A stretch of DNA of 64,000 bases, taken from NCBI GenBank assembly GCA_043228905.1, contig JBHGNT010000001.1, forward strand, positions 27,404,001 through 27,468,000. Direction: 5' to 3'. The notes beneath the pieces are model-generated. The model was not told where the DNA came from and did not search any database. It saw only the letters and a list, made by a program, of their open reading frames with translations. Of this stretch, positions 61,577 to 64,000 are shown in pieces. This DNA is from Azolla caroliniana (lineage: Eukaryota > Plantae > Polypodiophyta). Position numbers and translations under genes: made by a program. The stretch's first letter is position 1. Each line of letters opens with the position of its first letter.

Positions 61577-63016
61577 ATGGAGTCGGAAGACGACGACCTT
61601 GTGGAGATGGTGGCCGAAGTGGTGTTGGAGTCGGCACGAGTGGTGATGAGGCGAGAAGCAACACAACAAGCGGTTGAGCGAGTGGTCGAAAGAGTCGGCC
61701 GTTTCAACGGGGACAAAGTCCCATCTTACTTGGAAGCCTACAACGCGGAAATGGAGGAGCGTGGCGTAGATGAGGCGTTGAGGCTGGAGTTCTTCTGTCG
61801 GGTTGTGGCCGTCCGGATGCATGTAGAAGTAAAGGAGCTTCGTGAGGCTCATAGTTCGTGGGGGGCCTTCGAAGAGACGCTCCTGAAGGCGTACAGAGGA
61901 CGGCGGAAGAGCTGGGGACGACACGACTTCGACCAGTGGGTAGCATCGGCAAAGACCCACCGGGGCGCGACGAAGGCGTTCCGAGAGTTCGAGCAACGAC
62001 TCGCTCGGCTCCTAGAGTGGGAACAAGGTTTGGTGGGGGCGGACAAGGTCCTATTGTTCGTCAGGTCGATCGACCAAGCGGAACGGGAATCCATCGGGAT
62101 TGAGCTCGAAGACGATGATGGAGCGAATGGGCTTACGGAGGACTGGTCGAAGGTCGGAAGGGTGTGCCAATGGCTAGACAACGAGCGAGCCGAGAAGGCT
62201 AAGAGGAAGGTACGTGACGGCGTGCCATCACAGCAGGAAGAGGCCGAACGGCAGAGAGAGTCGGCAAGGGTCGGCGTTGGGGCCAGGATTGCGGAGGCGT
62301 ACGCAGCTCTCGAGGCGATGCTCGAGGAAGAGGAAAGACGGAGGCCGCAAGCCGAGACTGAGAAGACGGACTTGCCCCACGCGATGGCGGAAGATCGGTA
62401 CCACGGTACCACGGGAGAGGGTGCGGAACGAAACGCCCTCTCGACTTGTGGAGATAGAACGGCCAAGGACGAGGCTGAGATACAGATCGCGGAACCGGAA
62501 CGTTGGGACCAGCGGTTTCGGGCGTGTCAGCCCGAGATCCCGGTCATTGGAGAAGCAAGCCCAGACGGGGCTTGCGCGATCGGTAAGAAGACGACCGCCG
62601 ACCACGAAGAGTCGGTGGCTACGGACAAGGGCGTAAAACGGACGGGCGATTCTTTGTGTCTTCCCACACTTACTCCCGAGACGATGGCAGTCGGGCTCGA
62701 CTGCCCACGTGAGTCCCATGCGGAGGAAGGCGGCAGAGAAGGGCCAAAAATTACCGGCGAGACGATACGGGAAAGGAGCGGACGAAAGCCCACGAACCCA
62801 ATTCCGGAGAACTCGGCATTCGGGCCCGTATGCCCATGTAAGACCGAGGAGATGGATGGCGGTACCGAGGAGTCCTGGCACGATGCCAGTGAAGAAGGAT
62901 GGGAAACGGCCTGCGAGGAGGCCGAGGAAGGAAACGACACGAGAAGATCGGCATTCCGATTCGTATGGAGCAGAATCCGGTCGTGGATCGTTCGATCGGG
63001 GCCGGATTCGGCATGA
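61577..63016 (+). CDS. Retrotransposon gag-like protein (479 aa) with acidic low-complexity C-terminal half
   Basis: VGRFNGDKVPSYLEAYNAEM, WGAFEETLLKAY, FREFEQRLARL, KVLLFVRSID and GLTEDWSKV resemble gag of bryophyte/fern gypsy elements as I recall them. Lies directly downstream of an LTR. Confidence 0.7.
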   Translation: MESEDDDLVEMVAEVVLESARVVMRREATQQAVERVVERVGRFNGDKVPSYLEAYNAEMEERGVDEALRLEFFCRVVAVRMHVEVKELREAHSSWGAFEETLLKAYRGRRKSWGRHDFDQWVASAKTHRGATKAFREFEQRLARLLEWEQGLVGADKVLLFVRSIDQAERESIGIELEDDDGANGLTEDWSKVGRVCQWLDNERAEKAKRKVRDGVPSQQEEAERQRESARVGVGARIAEAYAALEAMLEEEERRRPQAETEKTDLPHAMAEDRYHGTTGEGAERNALSTCGDRTAKDEAEIQIAEPERWDQRFRACQPEIPVIGEASPDGACAIGKKTTADHEESVATDKGVKRTGDSLCLPTLTPETMAVGLDCPRESHAEEGGREGPKITGETIRERSGRKPTNPIPENSAFGPVCPCKTEEMDGGTEESWHDASEEGWETACEEAEEGNDTRRSAFRFVWSRIRSWIVRSGPDSA

Positions 63017-63428
63017 AGGTGCCGATACGGGAGAGGGTGCGGGACGAGCCGCCCTCTTTTACATGGGGAGAAAGACCAACCGGGCGAAGGTCGAGAGAAA
63101 GAAAGAGAATGAAAGCCGGTCCTATGGGATTCCTTACACCGATCCGGCTGCAGTTCGGCCGACGTGGCAACGTGGGTCATATAAGAGAGATCGGTGGCGA
63201 CAGGAGAACGGGACTCGGCAATCCAGAGAAGGACGAACGGACCCGGACGAGAACCGGGTGGAGCGGACTCCCGGATGACCATTCCGGGAGGGAGGAAGAG
63301 AGCAGGCGTACGAAGAGGCCGAGGAGACGGTACGTCGGTACCACGGGAGAGGGTGTGAAACAAAACGCCCTCTCGGCATGCGGAAAAGGACGACCCGGGA
63401 CAGGGTCGAGAAGGCGATGAACGCCCAA

Positions 63429-64000
63429 GGAGGATCCTTCACACCGGTTCTAGAGACTGCGGCAGTCGGCAACGCGGTCGACGTAAGACCAAGATACTGA
63501 CGGTGGCGGCGAGGTGACGAAGGCAAAAGGGGTACGGATGGGCGGTCGGTGGAGGATCCTTCACACGGGTTCTAGAGACTTCGGCAGTCGGCAACGCGGT
63601 CGACGTAAGACCAAGATACTGACGGTGGTGGCGAGGTGACGAAGGCAAAGGGGGTACGGATGGGCGGTCAGCGGAGGATCCTTCACACCGGTTCTAGAGA
63701 CTTCGGCAGTCGGCAACGTGGTCGACGTAAGACCAAGATACTGACGGTGGCGGCGAGGTGACGAAGGCAAAAGGGGTACGGATGGGCGGTCGGCGGAGGA
63801 TCCTTCACACCGGTTCTAGAGACTTCGGCAGTCGGCAACGCAGTCTACGTAAGACCAAGATACTGACGGTGGCGGCGAGGTGACGAAGGCAAAGGGGGTA
63901 CGGATGGGCAGTTGGCGGAGGATCCTTCACACCGGTTCTAGAGACTTCGGCAGTCGGCAACGCGGTCGACGTAAGACCAAGATACTGACGATGGCGGCGA
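63429..64000. repeat. 122-bp GC-rich tandem array, at least 4.7 copies, open-ended
   Basis: ggaggatccttcacac starts at 63429, 63551, 63673, 63795 and 63917; only a few substitutions between units. Confidence 0.97.

Larger units (their letters stand above)
60807..64000 (+). mobile_element. GC-rich Ty3/gypsy-type LTR element nested in the Athila-like gag; continues past the window end
   Basis: LTR 60807-61203 with perfect 7-bp terminal inverted repeat TGTTGTC...GACAACA and TATA-like ctataaaagg at ~61010, followed by a microsatellite-rich leader, a gag-like ORF and a tandem array. No pol within the window. Confidence 0.8.

Noticed and set aside
61484-63770. Numerous long overlapping ORFs on both strands
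   Set aside because: Expected from high GC content and tandem repeats in the nested element; only the gag-like frame has recognisable motifs

Overview
Nuclear DNA of a land plant, by inference a seed-free plant such as a fern (GT-AG introns, plant gene families, Tcn1-like chromovirus fossil, moss/fern-type gypsy gag). The left ~46 kb is gene-rich: 3' half of a TOPLESS/TPR co-repressor (+), an Occludin/ELL-domain nuclear protein like Arabidopsis AT3G21290 (-), THO complex subunit 7 (+), plastid-type uracil phosphoribosyltransferase (-) and a full-size ABCB/P-glycoprotein transporter (-). Between them lie a plastid rpl22 insertion (NUPT), decayed Ty3/gypsy fossils, Ca2+-ATPase and PPR gene fragments, and many minisatellites. 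The right ~15 kb is a transposon pile: a complete but decayed Ty1/copia element with both LTRs and TSD, an L1-type LINE cut by a solo LTR and by an Athila-like element, and a GC-rich gypsy-type element nested in that, with no canonical PBS and a 122-bp tandem array. I found no clear-cut new biological system. The best leads are the possible RNA-editing footprint in the rpl22 NUPT, the recurring degenerate minisatellites in introns of housekeeping genes, and several unusual retrotransposon structures. Exon boundaries were read by eye and all homology calls are from recalled family motifs, not database searches.
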